Part shown: positions 20,001 through 30,709 of the stretch, piece after piece
How the letters are laid out: each line of letters starts with the position of its first letter
How positions within the stretch are numbered: position 1 is the first letter of the stretch
NCBI GenBank assembly: GCA_963780185.1
Contig: CAWABA010000006.1
Location: 864,001 to 928,000 of the forward strand
Length of the DNA stretch: 64,000 nucleotides
Reading direction: 5' to 3'
From: Candidatus Bathyarchaeota archaeon
Lineage (GTDB): Archaea > Thermoproteota > Bathyarchaeia > Bathyarchaeales > Bathycorpusculaceae
Translations under genes and position numbers: made by a program
The notes under the pieces: model-generated
What the model saw: the letters and a program-made list of their open reading frames with translations, nothing else
Database searches by the model: none
What the model was told of the DNA's origin: nothing

Positions 20001-21374
20001 GTGAAGAAAACCAAGATTGTCTGCACAGTTGGACCCGCAAGCTTCTCCAAACATGTCATTGAAAAAATGTTCCATGCGGGCATGAACTGCGTGAGAATAA
20101 ACACGGCTTACGGGAACCTTGACCAGTACGAATCGACGATTGAGACGGTTCGCCAAGTTACCAACCTGCCCGTGATGGTTGACATCAAGGGACCTGAAAT
20201 CAGAATCCGAACAACCCAACCCAAAACACTCGGCAAGGGAGACATCTTGGAGGTCGGCTTCAACGGCGAAGACGTCTGCTTCAACCACGACTTATACGAC
20301 GAAATCGCCGTCAACGACTTAATCTTAATTGACAACGGCAAAATCAGAACTCACGTCACGGAAAAATCAAACCATAAGCTGTGCCTGAAATTTGCGAGCT
20401 GCGGCACAATAGAAGACGGCAAAGGAGTCAACATCCCAAACAAACGCCTTTCCGTACCCACCCTGTGCGAATGGGACCGAGAAATCCTTAAGATCTGCAA
20501 AAAACTCGACGTTGAATACGTCGCGCTTTCGTTCACAAGAAACGCCAAAGATGTCGAAAACCTGCTTCAAGCGCACAGGTTCGAAGGCGGCGTCATTGCG
20601 AAAATAGAGAATTCCGAAGGCGTCCAAAACATGGAGGAGATTTTGGCGGTTGCCAGCGGGATAATGGTTGCGAGAGGCGACTTGGGTATCGAAATTGAGC
20701 CTGAAAAGGTTCCTCTTGTTCAGAAGTCGCTTATTAAGGAATGTAACCAGAAGGGCAAAGTGGTTGTGACGGCTACAGAAATGCTCGAATCTATGATTCA
20801 TCAGCCGTGCCCCACAAGAGCCGAGGTAAGCGATGTCGCCAACGCGATACTGGACGGCTCAGACGCCGTTATGCTTTCAGGGGAAACCGCGGTGGGCTCG
20901 TATCCTGTGGAAGCTGTTAAGATGATGACGCGGATAGCTAACGAAATCGAAAAAGTCGCGAAAAGCAACGTTGAGGACACCGCCTTCATCAACATCTCCG
21001 ACACCGTAAGCAAGGCAATCCAGAACATATGCAAAAGCATGCCCGTCCACAAAGTCGTAACCTTAACCCGCTCAGGATACACAGCGCGAATGATTGCGCG
21101 CTTCAAGATAAGCCAACCTGTGATTGCTGTGACGCCCGACTTGAAAGTTAAAAGGCAGCTGGAGCTGATTTTCGGCGTTGAACCCGTTCTGATTAATTAT
21201 CTTGAGGAGAAAGACAGGGTTACGCATGTTGCTAACCAGCTTTGCGCGATGGGTTTGGTGAACGAAAAAGAAACTGTTCTGTTTACTTCTGGTGTGAGGA
21301 CAATGATGAAGCATGCGAGCAACTCGATTGAGATTCATAAAATAGAGGAGCTGCGGCAGTTCGCTTCTACTTAA
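20001..21374 (+). CDS. pyk: Pyruvate kinase
   Basis: KTKIVCTVGP, DIKGPEIR, IAKIE, MVARGDLG, ATEMLESM, PTRAEVSDVANA and MLSGETA. Confidence 0.97.
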   Translation: MKKTKIVCTVGPASFSKHVIEKMFHAGMNCVRINTAYGNLDQYESTIETVRQVTNLPVMVDIKGPEIRIRTTQPKTLGKGDILEVGFNGEDVCFNHDLYDEIAVNDLILIDNGKIRTHVTEKSNHKLCLKFASCGTIEDGKGVNIPNKRLSVPTLCEWDREILKICKKLDVEYVALSFTRNAKDVENLLQAHRFEGGVIAKIENSEGVQNMEEILAVASGIMVARGDLGIEIEPEKVPLVQKSLIKECNQKGKVVVTATEMLESMIHQPCPTRAEVSDVANAILDGSDAVMLSGETAVGSYPVEAVKMMTRIANEIEKVAKSNVEDTAFINISDTVSKAIQNICKSMPVHKVVTLTRSGYTARMIARFKISQPVIAVTPDLKVKRQLELIFGVEPVLINYLEEKDRVTHVANQLCAMGLVNEKETVLFTSGVRTMMKHASNSIEIHKIEELRQFAST

Positions 21375-21527
21375 AGACCTTTGGGTTTGGCGCGGCATGT
21401 TGCAGGGCTTTAGACAAAAATATGTTTAAGCGTGACATTCAAACATGTATTATCCATTCGAAAACTATGGAAAGTTTTTTATTCTATAATGATAAAGCAT
21501 GGAAGCGGTAATACGGAGGAAAAAAGA

Positions 21528-21698
21528 ATGGCAAAATGTCCAAAATGTTCAACCGAAGTTTCAAAAGCAAAAAAGACTTGGAAAATGGCAGGGCGTCCAG
21601 ACAAAGCTGGAAAACGCATGCAACTCGAAATCGGACTTTACGAGTGCCCGAAATGCGGTAACGTCTTCCGCGAAGTTTTAAGCAAACAGAAAATCTAA
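21528..21698 (+). CDS. Cren7-like chromatin protein with Zn ribbon
   Basis: 56 aa basic protein: CPKC..KTWKMAGR...IGLYECPKCG..FR, matching Cren7 K.W.LA...IGLF..P..GK.FR; GGAGG RBS. Confidence 0.75.
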   Translation: MAKCPKCSTEVSKAKKTWKMAGRPDKAGKRMQLEIGLYECPKCGNVFREVLSKQKI

Positions 21699-21811
21699 AT
21701 TTGCAACCGAAAAACAGTTGCATTTCCCGTATCTTTATCTTTTTTCTTTTTTGGAAGAAACTTTAAGGCTTAGAAGCCGTATTCAATCGAAATTATTGCT
21801 GAGGCTAAAGC

Positions 21812-22489
21812 TTGAGGTTCCTTAGGCGAATGTGGAAAAACGAGTACTTCAAAACCGCAGTCGCCATCGCGTTAATTGTCGGGGTTGCCTTCGGGTTGCT
21901 GGTCGGCATCCAGCAGGTCCTTCACACTTCTTCTCCCGCGTTGACTGTTGAAAGCAGCAGCATGAGCATTCCCTATGATTTTCAACCAGGCCCGCCTTAT
22001 CCTTTGAGTTATGTCTTAATAACGTTACAGCACCCATTTGATAGAACCCTAAATATCGGGGACATTATAATTGTGGAAGGCGTAAACACAAGCGACTTAA
22101 ACACCAATTACCCTAACAGCGACATCATCGTGTTCCATGAACCCGGCGACTATAAAACTTTGATAGTTCACCGCATCGTCCGCACGGAAACAGTCAACGG
22201 CACCCTTTACTTCATCACCAAAGGCGACGGTAACGGAAACCATTGGCCGCAGACCCCAACGGGCGGCTGGGATGCATGGGACAGCAATAACCCGCCGGGA
22301 GTGCCAGCAAGCGCCGTGGTCGGCAAGGTGGTTATGCGTATTCCATGGTTGGGTTGGGTGCCGCTTTTTATGAAGAATGACTCGTGGGGTTTGCCAGTTG
22401 TCATCACCATCATAATGTTGCTTGTAATCGTCGAATTTGTCGTTCCTGAGCTGCGGAAGAAAAGACCTGAACAACAGAAACAGACTTAG
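21812..22489 (+). CDS. Signal peptidase I (archaeal/Sec11-SipW type)
   Basis: N-terminal TM, V.SSSM catalytic Ser, GDII, IVHR, TKGDGN, VVGKV..RIPWLG and C-terminal TM. Confidence 0.9.
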   Translation: MRFLRRMWKNEYFKTAVAIALIVGVAFGLLVGIQQVLHTSSPALTVESSSMSIPYDFQPGPPYPLSYVLITLQHPFDRTLNIGDIIIVEGVNTSDLNTNYPNSDIIVFHEPGDYKTLIVHRIVRTETVNGTLYFITKGDGNGNHWPQTPTGGWDAWDSNNPPGVPASAVVGKVVMRIPWLGWVPLFMKNDSWGLPVVITIIMLLVIVEFVVPELRKKRPEQQKQT

Positions 22490-22570
22490 CGCGGGGCACA
22501 GATGTCTTTATAAAGTAAGTTTTTGATAGTGAGGATATTTAAGGGCGGTTAATGCAAAGGGGGAGATTGT

Positions 22571-23131
22571 GTGCCGAAAGTTAAAGCTACAATAAGCGTT
22601 GAAAACGTGGTCGCTTCTGCAACTCTTAACCAGAAAGTTGATTTGAACGCTGTCGTTAAAGGTTACCCAGGCGTTGAGTATCGCCCTGAACAGTTTCCAG
22701 GCTTAGTTTTCCGTTTGAAACGCCCCAAAACAGCCACTTTAATTTTCAGTTCAGGAAAGATGGTTTGCACAGGCGCCAAGTCGGAGAAAGAAGCCCGCCG
22801 AGCCGTCATGAAAGTGATTAAGGAGCTTAAGAAAGGCGGCATCATAATAATCAGCAAACCCGAACTTAAAATCCAGAACATTGTGGCTTCAGGCAGTTTA
22901 GGCGGCATGATTGATTTGGAGAAGGCGGCTTACACTTTGGGGCACGCCATGTATGAACCTGAGCAGTTCCCAGGCTTAATCTACCGCATGCAGGAGCCCA
23001 AAGTCGTGATTTTGCTTTTTGCAAGCGGAAAACTTGTCTGCACAGGAGCCAAACAGGAACCAGACGTTTACGTAGCAGTGGAAAAATTGCATACGCTACT
23101 TGAAGAAACCAACCTCATATTCTACGATTAA
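22571..23131 (+). CDS. tbp: TATA-box binding protein
   Basis: Two repeats of NVVAS..Y.PEQFPGL..R..F.SGK.VCTGAK. Confidence 0.98.
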   Translation: MPKVKATISVENVVASATLNQKVDLNAVVKGYPGVEYRPEQFPGLVFRLKRPKTATLIFSSGKMVCTGAKSEKEARRAVMKVIKELKKGGIIIISKPELKIQNIVASGSLGGMIDLEKAAYTLGHAMYEPEQFPGLIYRMQEPKVVILLFASGKLVCTGAKQEPDVYVAVEKLHTLLEETNLIFYD

Positions 23132-23138
23132 GACACGG

Positions 23139-23768
23139 TTATTTTTTCTTTACTTGTTTGAGGATTGTTTTTAGGCTTTCTTTGTCTATCAAGCCAGTGT
23201 CGTAGAGTACGTTTGCGATTTCGCTGATTTTCAGCATGGAGTGAAGTTTTATTCCGCTTTTTTCAAGTTGCGCTGCTCCGCCTTCTTCCCTGTCAAGGAA
23301 AACGATTGCGTCGGTTACTACGCCGCCTTCGGCTCTGACGGTTTCAGCGGCTTTCTTGAGCGTTAATCCCGTGGTGACTAAGTCGTCGATTAGAAGCACT
23401 TGGTCTCCTGAAACCAAGATTCCTTCAACCCGCCGCTCTCTGCCGCGAAGCCGAACTCCCTTGCGCACGTATAGGAACGGTTTTTCAAGGTTATAGGCAA
23501 CTTGGGACGCAAAAATGATGCCGGTCAACGGTACCCCTGCAATTCTGTTAAAGCTTTTTGCTTCGATTTGGCTTTGGATGTATTGGGCGTAGAAGTCGCA
23601 GATTTCTCGGAATGCATCGGGGAAACTGGGGATAACGCGCAGATCCACGTAGTATGGGCTTGCTTTTCCGCTTGAAAGCTTGAAAACCCCAAACTTTACC
23701 GCGTCGACTTTGGAAAGTATGTTTGCCATTTTTTCTTTCTTTACTTGAATCGACTGGTCAACTTTCAT
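23139..23768 (-). CDS. pyrE: Orotate phosphoribosyltransferase
   Basis: FGVFKLSSGKASPYYVDLR, YVRK, IDDLVTTG and DREEG. Confidence 0.93.
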   Translation of the reverse strand: MKVDQSIQVKKEKMANILSKVDAVKFGVFKLSSGKASPYYVDLRVIPSFPDAFREICDFYAQYIQSQIEAKSFNRIAGVPLTGIIFASQVAYNLEKPFLYVRKGVRLRGRERRVEGILVSGDQVLLIDDLVTTGLTLKKAAETVRAEGGVVTDAIVFLDREEGGAAQLEKSGIKLHSMLKISEIANVLYDTGLIDKESLKTILKQVKKK

Positions 23769-23772
23769 TTTT

Positions 23773-24462
23773 TCACTTCCTTTTTGACACCTGATAAATC
23801 TTGTTCTGTTCAGGAACCAAGCATGTTGTCCTCGGCATCTCCTTCTTCATTATCTGGGCAAATTCCCGTTGGCTTTCGGCGGACGCTGTGTGGTATGGTA
23901 CGGCGACTTGAGGCTTAATCAACTGTGCAATTTCAAAGCCTGTCTGCGGCGTGGAGCCTGGAGCGATGCCGACCGTGCAGAAAACCACGTCAAATTTTTC
24001 TTTTTGACCCATAAGAGCCATCTCCGGAAAAGGCAAGCTGTCGGCGGTATGGTAAACTTTTACGCCGTCTTCACTGGTAATTATGTAAGTTACGGGTGCT
24101 TTGGCGTTGTGGTTGCATTTCTCCGCTTTAACTGTGACTTCGCCGATTTTGATTTCTACGCCCGGCTTGGCTTCCTGCAGTTTGCCCATAGGTACGACGT
24201 ACTGGAGTTTTTTGGTGGATGCTGAGTCGGCGATGATGGTGCAGTCGGTTTCTTTCTGGATTTCCGCTATTAGCCGTGGGTCAAGGTGGTCGTAGTGCTC
24301 ATGCGTTATCAGGACGGCGTCGACGTTTTGGAGGCTTTTGGATTTGATGTCCACTGGGTCTATGGCGAGGGTTTTAGTGGGGGTTTTCAGAAGGATTCCA
24401 GCGTATTGGTTGAACCAAACGAAGAGGATGGCGTTTTTTTCAGGTATTTTCTGTATCGACAT
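23773..24462 (-). CDS. MBL-fold metallo-hydrolase
   Basis: IDP, ITHEHYDH, YHTADS and AVPYH. Confidence 0.88.
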   Translation of the reverse strand: MSIQKIPEKNAILFVWFNQYAGILLKTPTKTLAIDPVDIKSKSLQNVDAVLITHEHYDHLDPRLIAEIQKETDCTIIADSASTKKLQYVVPMGKLQEAKPGVEIKIGEVTVKAEKCNHNAKAPVTYIITSEDGVKVYHTADSLPFPEMALMGQKEKFDVVFCTVGIAPGSTPQTGFEIAQLIKPQVAVPYHTASAESQREFAQIMKKEMPRTTCLVPEQNKIYQVSKRK

Positions 24463-24729
24463 AACTTGATTCCTCGAAAAGAATTATGTCGTTAGCTTGT
24501 TAAAGAAGTTGCGTTTGCTCAACATACGCATCAGCCAGCGCTCCATCTGCCGCCATGCCGAAAAGTGACCAAGCAGATTTTCCCTGTCCTTCTTCTTCTC
24601 GCGCCCAAACGGCTGGCAATCTGAAGTTTATTAATAATTGTTCGTTTGTTCAACAGGTTGGGCGGGTTTGTTTTTTGGGAATAAAGGTTATGTAGGTAAC
24701 CATTCGCTTGTCCTATTAGGGAGGGCCCT

Positions 24730-25368
24730 TTGATGGGGTCATTGAAAGGTTTAGGAGAAGGCTTTCTAGTAGCGACAGGAATAATTTGGAGTTTCAGCAT
24801 AGCGTCCCTTTTCAAAAGTGGCGACGCATGGCTAGCTCTGCTTTACCTGATGATTCTAGCCATCCCAGTTTCCACTCTATTGCTCTTTAGGCTGAGAAAA
24901 AAGAAATCTGAAGCCCATTTTGAAGGTGCCAATAAATGGCGGGAAATGATGTTTTCCGTTCAAGGAGTCGCTTTAGCCTTCTGGGGCTTCGACATCATAA
25001 CGACGTTCTACGCCATCAACGTGACGCGTTTAGCGTACGAGTTGAACCCGCTTGGTTGGCCGCTTGGAATTTTAGGCGGATTCGCATTCTACGGTCCAGC
25101 AGTGGTTTTCTCGTATGTTTTGCTTTACAGGTTCAAGGAAAAAATCGCGTTGTACGCTGCAATGTTGTTATCGATGGTTACGGTTGTCATGGGCATGATG
25201 AATCTTTTGGCTGGAGCCCAAAACTTCCAAGTGTTCGTTGAAACCGCCGCGTTGACGACGGGGATACGGTTTGGGTTGTTGGCCGTGGTTGGCACGGTGT
25301 GTTTGATCGTTCCCTTAGCGTTGAAGCGAACAATGACCCAGCCCAAATCCAAGCCGCTTCTGTCTTAA
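24730..25368 (+). CDS. Multi-TM membrane protein (DUF5658-like); start uncertain
   Basis: About 6 TM helices; D..TT.YAI...ELNP motif. Confidence 0.65.
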   Translation: MMGSLKGLGEGFLVATGIIWSFSIASLFKSGDAWLALLYLMILAIPVSTLLLFRLRKKKSEAHFEGANKWREMMFSVQGVALAFWGFDIITTFYAINVTRLAYELNPLGWPLGILGGFAFYGPAVVFSYVLLYRFKEKIALYAAMLLSMVTVVMGMMNLLAGAQNFQVFVETAALTTGIRFGLLAVVGTVCLIVPLALKRTMTQPKSKPLLS

Positions 25369-25388
25369 AGCACGCATTTCAGAATCCG

Positions 25389-27691
25389 TTATGCACCCAA
25401 ATATTTTGTTAAGGTGCTGGTGGATGCTCCGTTGACTGCGTCGCGGATTGTTTTCGCCGTATAACCCTTAAAGCTTAGCAGGTTGGCGGCTGAAGCGTAA
25501 AGCAGAAGCAGATACTTTTTTGTGTCGGCATGCACGCCCCTATCGATAAGCTGCTCCGCCACAACCCGTCTATGATGCCGTTTGTTTTCTGAATCTGTAA
25601 AAACAAAAGCCAAGTTTGTGCCCGCATTAACTTCCACGCCGCTCTTAACCAACTGCTCCGCCACAATCACTTGGCTTACATGCTGCCTGTAACTTTTAGG
25701 GTCCTTAGACAGGTGCTTAGTTATGATTAAATCCCAAACGGGAACTTCGCCGTTGATTAGTTTTTGCCGATAAGCCTTAACCACCTGCAGGGCGTCAGGG
25801 ATTTTCTGCGTAAACTCCGCTGAATTGTTTGCGGAAGCCAACACGTTGATCATTTCCATCTGGAGGTTGTAGATGAACCGCGGCGTATCTCTTCGGCGCA
25901 CCTCTAAACCTCTGACCTTGATTTTGCCGTTGTCCATGGCGCCGTAGTAACGGTTTAAGACGCTGACGCGGGGATGCATGGTGGAAGGCAAAAAAACAAT
26001 CCATTTGTAGCGTCCCTCAAAATTTATGGGAACCCCAATCTCGTCAGTAATCACCTTGCAGAGGTGACGGTACTCTTCCATGGTTGCGTTTTCTTTTTTT
26101 AGCCAGAACGAATCCACTATGCCGTGGATAACCTCGAAGCCTTCGTCTTCCGCGAGGTGTGTTGCTTTAAGAAAGGCTTCTCGGGCAAAAGCGCAGACGC
26201 CGATGTGCCCATCAACTGAACCGAATTTTGAGTTGCTAAAACCCAAGTAGCCGAAGCATGTGACCAAGATCCATTTTAGCGCTGTCTGACGTTTATCGTA
26301 CACCTGCTTAAGCGTTTTATCAGAAGTTTCATCCCGTAACCGTTTGTAGCTGAGCCGTTTGGTTAATGCCAGCTTGACGGTTTTCGGAACCATGCCGACG
26401 CGTTTTGTGCAGATGTGGTAGTTTAAGTCGGGAATCCTAATCGGGGAATCGGGGCAGCATTTGCAAAGCACTGTTTCCGCTGAAATATTGTATTTCGCCA
26501 TCAGGCTTGGGTACATGGAAGAGAAATCTAGTCCCCGATTGAATCATGCAGTCCCAGCCGTGGCTCAAAAACGAGTCCTCCGCGGTCGCCGACAAGCAGG
26601 TCAAGGGCTGATTTGAAGGCTTCAGTGTTTTTCTTGTTTCTCGGCAGCAAAATGTCGTCTTGCAGGGCTTGATAGTACTGGATAGAAGACATGCTGGAGC
26701 CGATTGAGAAACGCGCCGCCGTATGCAGGGGGACTCTGCAGGTTCGCGCTATTTCGATAAAGCCGTCTAAACCTGATTCGCCGATGATGAAGGTGTTATG
26801 TTCGTCAACGTGGATTCTGCCATAGAGTCGAATGGTGCTTGCCCGATAAAACGTGTGTCCATACGAAAAGAAAGTTTGCCCCGACGCAGTTTTCCTGCTG
26901 AAAGGCTTGTTGTCCCTGCTTAAAACAAACTGGTCTATGACGCCGTTTTCTGTTGCTCTGTGAATGAGGTATGGGAAAAGGTACGAGTCGCCTGACTGGG
27001 TTAAAATTATGTCGGGGTCTAACTTGTTTACCGCATAGACAAACTGCAACAGCTTAGTCGCTTCGTCGCCATAATCAATCGCAATCTCGTCTTGGTCATC
27101 CAGCTTTAAGGTGATGCTGCGGATTTCATCCTCGAAACCTGCGACAACGCCGCTTTTGGCAACATCCACCTCGAGCCTCAGGATACGCATCTGCGGAACG
27201 GCGTAGTCTATGCTTTCCACCGAATCCAAAAGCTTGTAATCCAAGCCTGATTTCCCGTATTTGACTTCCATAAAGGCAAGTGGGAACAAGCCGCGGCTGA
27301 AAAGGTACGAGCGGTCATCTTGGATGTCGCAGTTATAAAGTTCATAACGCAAATAATCGCCCATCCGCAGGATTTCAAGCGTTAACCCACGAATCGATCG
27401 GCAATCCTTAACCGTTACTTCTAGCACCGGGGATTTTTCGGCGTCCGTGGCTTGCGCGTATTTCTGCACGAACCGCACCGAAGCGATTTTCTCGTTATCG
27501 TATAGTCGGCTGATTAGGGTTTGGAGTTCGTCTTGTCTGCCTGAAACATAGATGCAGGGCTGAAACTTGTCAGTCAGCTTGACGCGTTCACCACTCTCCG
27601 TTATTACCCACACAGCAACTTTGCCGAAGTCGCTGGGGTAAACATCAAGCAGCCAACCCCTAATTGCCTTTGGCACGCTCATCTGCTGCAT
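25389..27691 (-). CDS. polB2: Family B DNA polymerase, PolB2 group; frameshift near 26530
   Basis: Motif A (L)DFSSMYPS spans the indel; motif B RQTALKWILVTCFGYLG; degenerate motif C HGIVDS; RGLEVRRRD. Confidence 0.9.
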
Positions 27692-27929
27692 CTAAAGCCT
27701 TCTCTAAACGCGTAATCTGCTTCTGCTGCGACACCAAAATCGAAAGAACCATCGGCTCAAACAGTATAGGCTGCGTTGCGTTGCTTCCAGCTGAAGCGTA
27801 GTTTCGGCAAGCATCCATCAAAGCGTCAAAGGCTTCTCTATCTTCGATCCGCAGAGCTTTGGCAAAGCCGTTCCAGCGGCGGATTTCATCCTCTATCGCC
27901 ATGCGGTAGGACTCCACGGTTTTACCCAT
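27660..27929 (-). CDS. Small helical PolB2-associated protein (arCOG07300-like)
   Basis: MGKTVESYR...W..F.KALR.EDR.AFD.L; overlaps the start of polB2, as in the known conserved pair. Confidence 0.8.
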   Translation of the reverse strand: MGKTVESYRMAIEDEIRRWNGFAKALRIEDREAFDALMDACRNYASAGSNATQPILFEPMVLSILVSQQKQITRLEKALDAADERAKGN

Positions 27930-28249
27930 AAGGCAGCCGCCTCCAATGATGCTGTTTATTTTTGTTCATGCTCTTTCTGCTCCCATCTTTGAAGGGCAGC
28001 AAAAAAGCCGACATAACTATTAAACCATCAACTCAAACGACATGGCAACGCAGTGGAGGGTAAACTGAAAGTGAATGTTTCCAGAATAAAATTAACTAAC
28101 TACTTGAGAGCTTATCGGGTATAGGACACTGTAAAGTAAGAATTTGTCAGTATTAATATTAATTTAGACCATAAAAGAAAAGAGAACATAAACCTTCGAG
28201 AGTACCCGTTAAGAGCCCTAACCGCTTAATTACTCTGGAAACTTTAGTA

Positions 28250-29485
28250 TGTTTTGGGAAAGGGTTCACTGACTTGGGTTAGCGTTTTTTCGATGCCTTC
28301 TAAAAAACATGATAGAAATGACAACTATCGCTAATATCACGATAGCAATTATTAACAGTTGAAACCAAGAACCTATCGTCAATATTGGATTTGGCGTTTA
28401 GACTACTGTGGGAATATCAACAGGTTGAGCTATTGGATGATGGTCAACATTATTCTGGTTAATAACGTAGCTTCCACCACCATTGTAATCACTCCAGTAG
28501 TTGCCAACTTTGCCGTTATCCCATGAAACTACTACTGTGCCGTTTGCTATTCCCGTGGAATTGTATGGATAGCTATTTTCAATCTTGACATTTTGCTTCG
28601 TGTTGTTAACAAAATTGTTGTTGTAAACTATGTTATTCGAACCTTGTGTTGGTCCAATATTTGACGTCACACTGACTATGAGGAAGTTCCTAAGATTAAT
28701 TCCATAGCTGTTGTCCTGCACGTTGTTCTCGCGAACGATTGTGTTGTTGCAGTTTCAAAGTCTAATCCAACCTTGTATCTGTCTTCAGTCTCATCATATC
28801 CACGGCTCCGGTTATGTTATTGCGGTAGATGTAACACCTGAGACACCTGCAAGGGAAATACCGTATGAATTGTCAAGATATTGTTGCCCGCTATCATTCA
28901 AATTCTTCGTTTGGAGTGCATCGATGCCTCTATAGTTCATTGATATTACGTTATTTGAAATGGCGCTATTAATAGTTTCTCTCAAGGTAGATGCCGTCTC
29001 CATTATTTGTGATGGTATTTCCGGCAATGAAAACCGGCGGAGTTCAATCCAATTCAAGTCCAAAAGAATTGTTCGCTATGTAATTTCGGTTAATCGAATT
29101 CCAGCAACTTGATTTGGGCTTCGAGTTACAATCGCCTCATGGCAATTTCAGATAGTGAACCCTGAACGAGGACGTTTGAGAAAAAATAACAATACTCTCT
29201 CCACCTTGGTTAATGTTTATTCCCAACTAAAACAGTGCTTTGTTCGTCCGTCCAACTAGTTCAAGGGTTTATTTATTTCCAAACCAAGTGCAAGATAATT
29301 TCCTCTCTTTACAAATACGGTTCTCCTTGCGCTAGCATTTCCGATGGCGGCGTAAATAGTTGGATATTGATCAGAACAATTCAGGGTTTTGGTTTTCGCC
29401 TTAACTATTCCGGGATAAAAACTAACTGTGGAGATTAAAAGTACCAAAACAAGCAGTAAACCCAAAGTCTTGTATTACTACCCAT
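28250..29485 (-). pseudogene. Heavily disrupted secreted NosD/beta-helix protein; 3' end approximate
   Basis: Fragments: signal peptide + DQYPTI.AAIGNA...VFVK.G.Y, Asn-rich repeats, WDNGKVGNYWSDY..DHHP and a C-terminal TM. Confidence 0.7.
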
Positions 29486-29536
29486 ATTTAGCTATATGAA
29501 CTAAAAAGCGATGAAAAGGCTATTCGTAAAAGATTC

Positions 29537-29554
29537 TTGACTGGATTTAGTCAA
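29537..29554. promoter_or_regulatory. Palindromic operator TTGACT-N6-AGTCAA (copy 1)
   Basis: 52 nt upstream of the ATG at 29485; same motif and spacing at 38362. Confidence 0.6.
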
Positions 29555-30029
29555 AGTTTCTTGACTAAAATGAATTTGGAGCTAACTCTCATTAGGTAGA
29601 ATCCAATTGCTGTTGAAAGTCCGCCTATGAAACACCCAAAGGCAAATGCGAAAATTGAATACTCAACAGCTCGTTGACAGGGCAGAACTATAGTCTGGAA
29701 ACCTTGAAGGATGCTGGGCTAAAGGTTTACACTGTTTTCATAGTTTGAAAGATTTACAAAACTACCGATAGCTGTTCCTAAAAGGATATAGATTCCAATG
29801 GCAATGACAATCCAACTGCACACCAGAAAAGCTTTGACTTCCCTTTCAGCATAGCAGTCACATCAAGGATGTATCGTTTGTTCAGAATTTAATAACTTCC
29901 ATGATTTTACGCTTCAAAGTTAGTTCTTAAGGGTCTTTATATCCAAAGTTGACCACTCAGGGGTCCAAACTTGGGAAGAACTTAATGGTGACCTACAAAA
30001 GGCAGAATCAAACCCTAAATTAAGAATGG

Positions 30030-30069
30030 TGGCGGGTCCGATGAGATTTGAACCCACGACTTTCAGCTT
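30030..30069 (-). repeat. 3' half of tRNA-Arg(TCT), att-like direct repeat
   Basis: Reverse complement AAGCTGAAAGTCGTGGGTTCAAATCTCATCGGACCCGCCA matches the tRNAs at 33142 and 35569 from the anticodon loop to the 3' end. Confidence 0.85.
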
Positions 30070-30709
30070 GAAAAAAGTCAAGATAAGTATGCCTATTATG
30101 CGGGAAACACGAGGCGAACGCCAACGTATGCAAAGATCGTTTTTCAACTTGTTTGCTGGCAAAAGGGCAATAGGACTTTTCAGCTATGAATAATTAAGTT
30201 GCCAATTTTTTCAAAACGGGAAATTCCATGTTAACACCCAACCGCCTGATAATAGCCAAACGCAGTTTAAGGCGGCAGAATTACCTTATTAATGTATATT
30301 CCCACCTGTGGAATATCGTTTTTATAGTGTTTAGCACGGCATTTGACGGATGTTATCAATTCCTAAAACAAACCAGTACACTGTGCACGTTGGTTCGAGG
30401 TACGCTGTAAACGACAAGCTTAAGGTCAAAGTCACAGCTGTCAATAAATTCTTATTAAACATGATAAAGCCTTGCTTGGAGAGGCAAAAACGCTTTGAGG
30501 CTAAAATAGTCACAACCGCAAAAGAAGATGCGCACAGAATTCGAAATGTTACCAATGATGTTGCAGCACTTGGTTTTGAAATACTAGAAAAAAAGGGATT
30601 ACAATTCTTAAAAGAGTTTAGGAAAAGTTCTACAAGCATTTCCTTTTTTCGCTCAGTCACGAAAGTGACGACTTGCAGCATCATTGCCAAATAGCGGAGA
30701 GTCCATGAG

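Noticed and set aside
26516-26530. TAG between the polB2 halves as pyrrolysine readthrough or a genuinely split polymerase
   Set aside because: The halves are in different frames and restoring one base gives G(E)LDFSSMYP
30228-30694. Short ORFs upstream of trmB as an integrase remnant
   Set aside because: No R-H-x-x-R-Y or other recombinase motif visible
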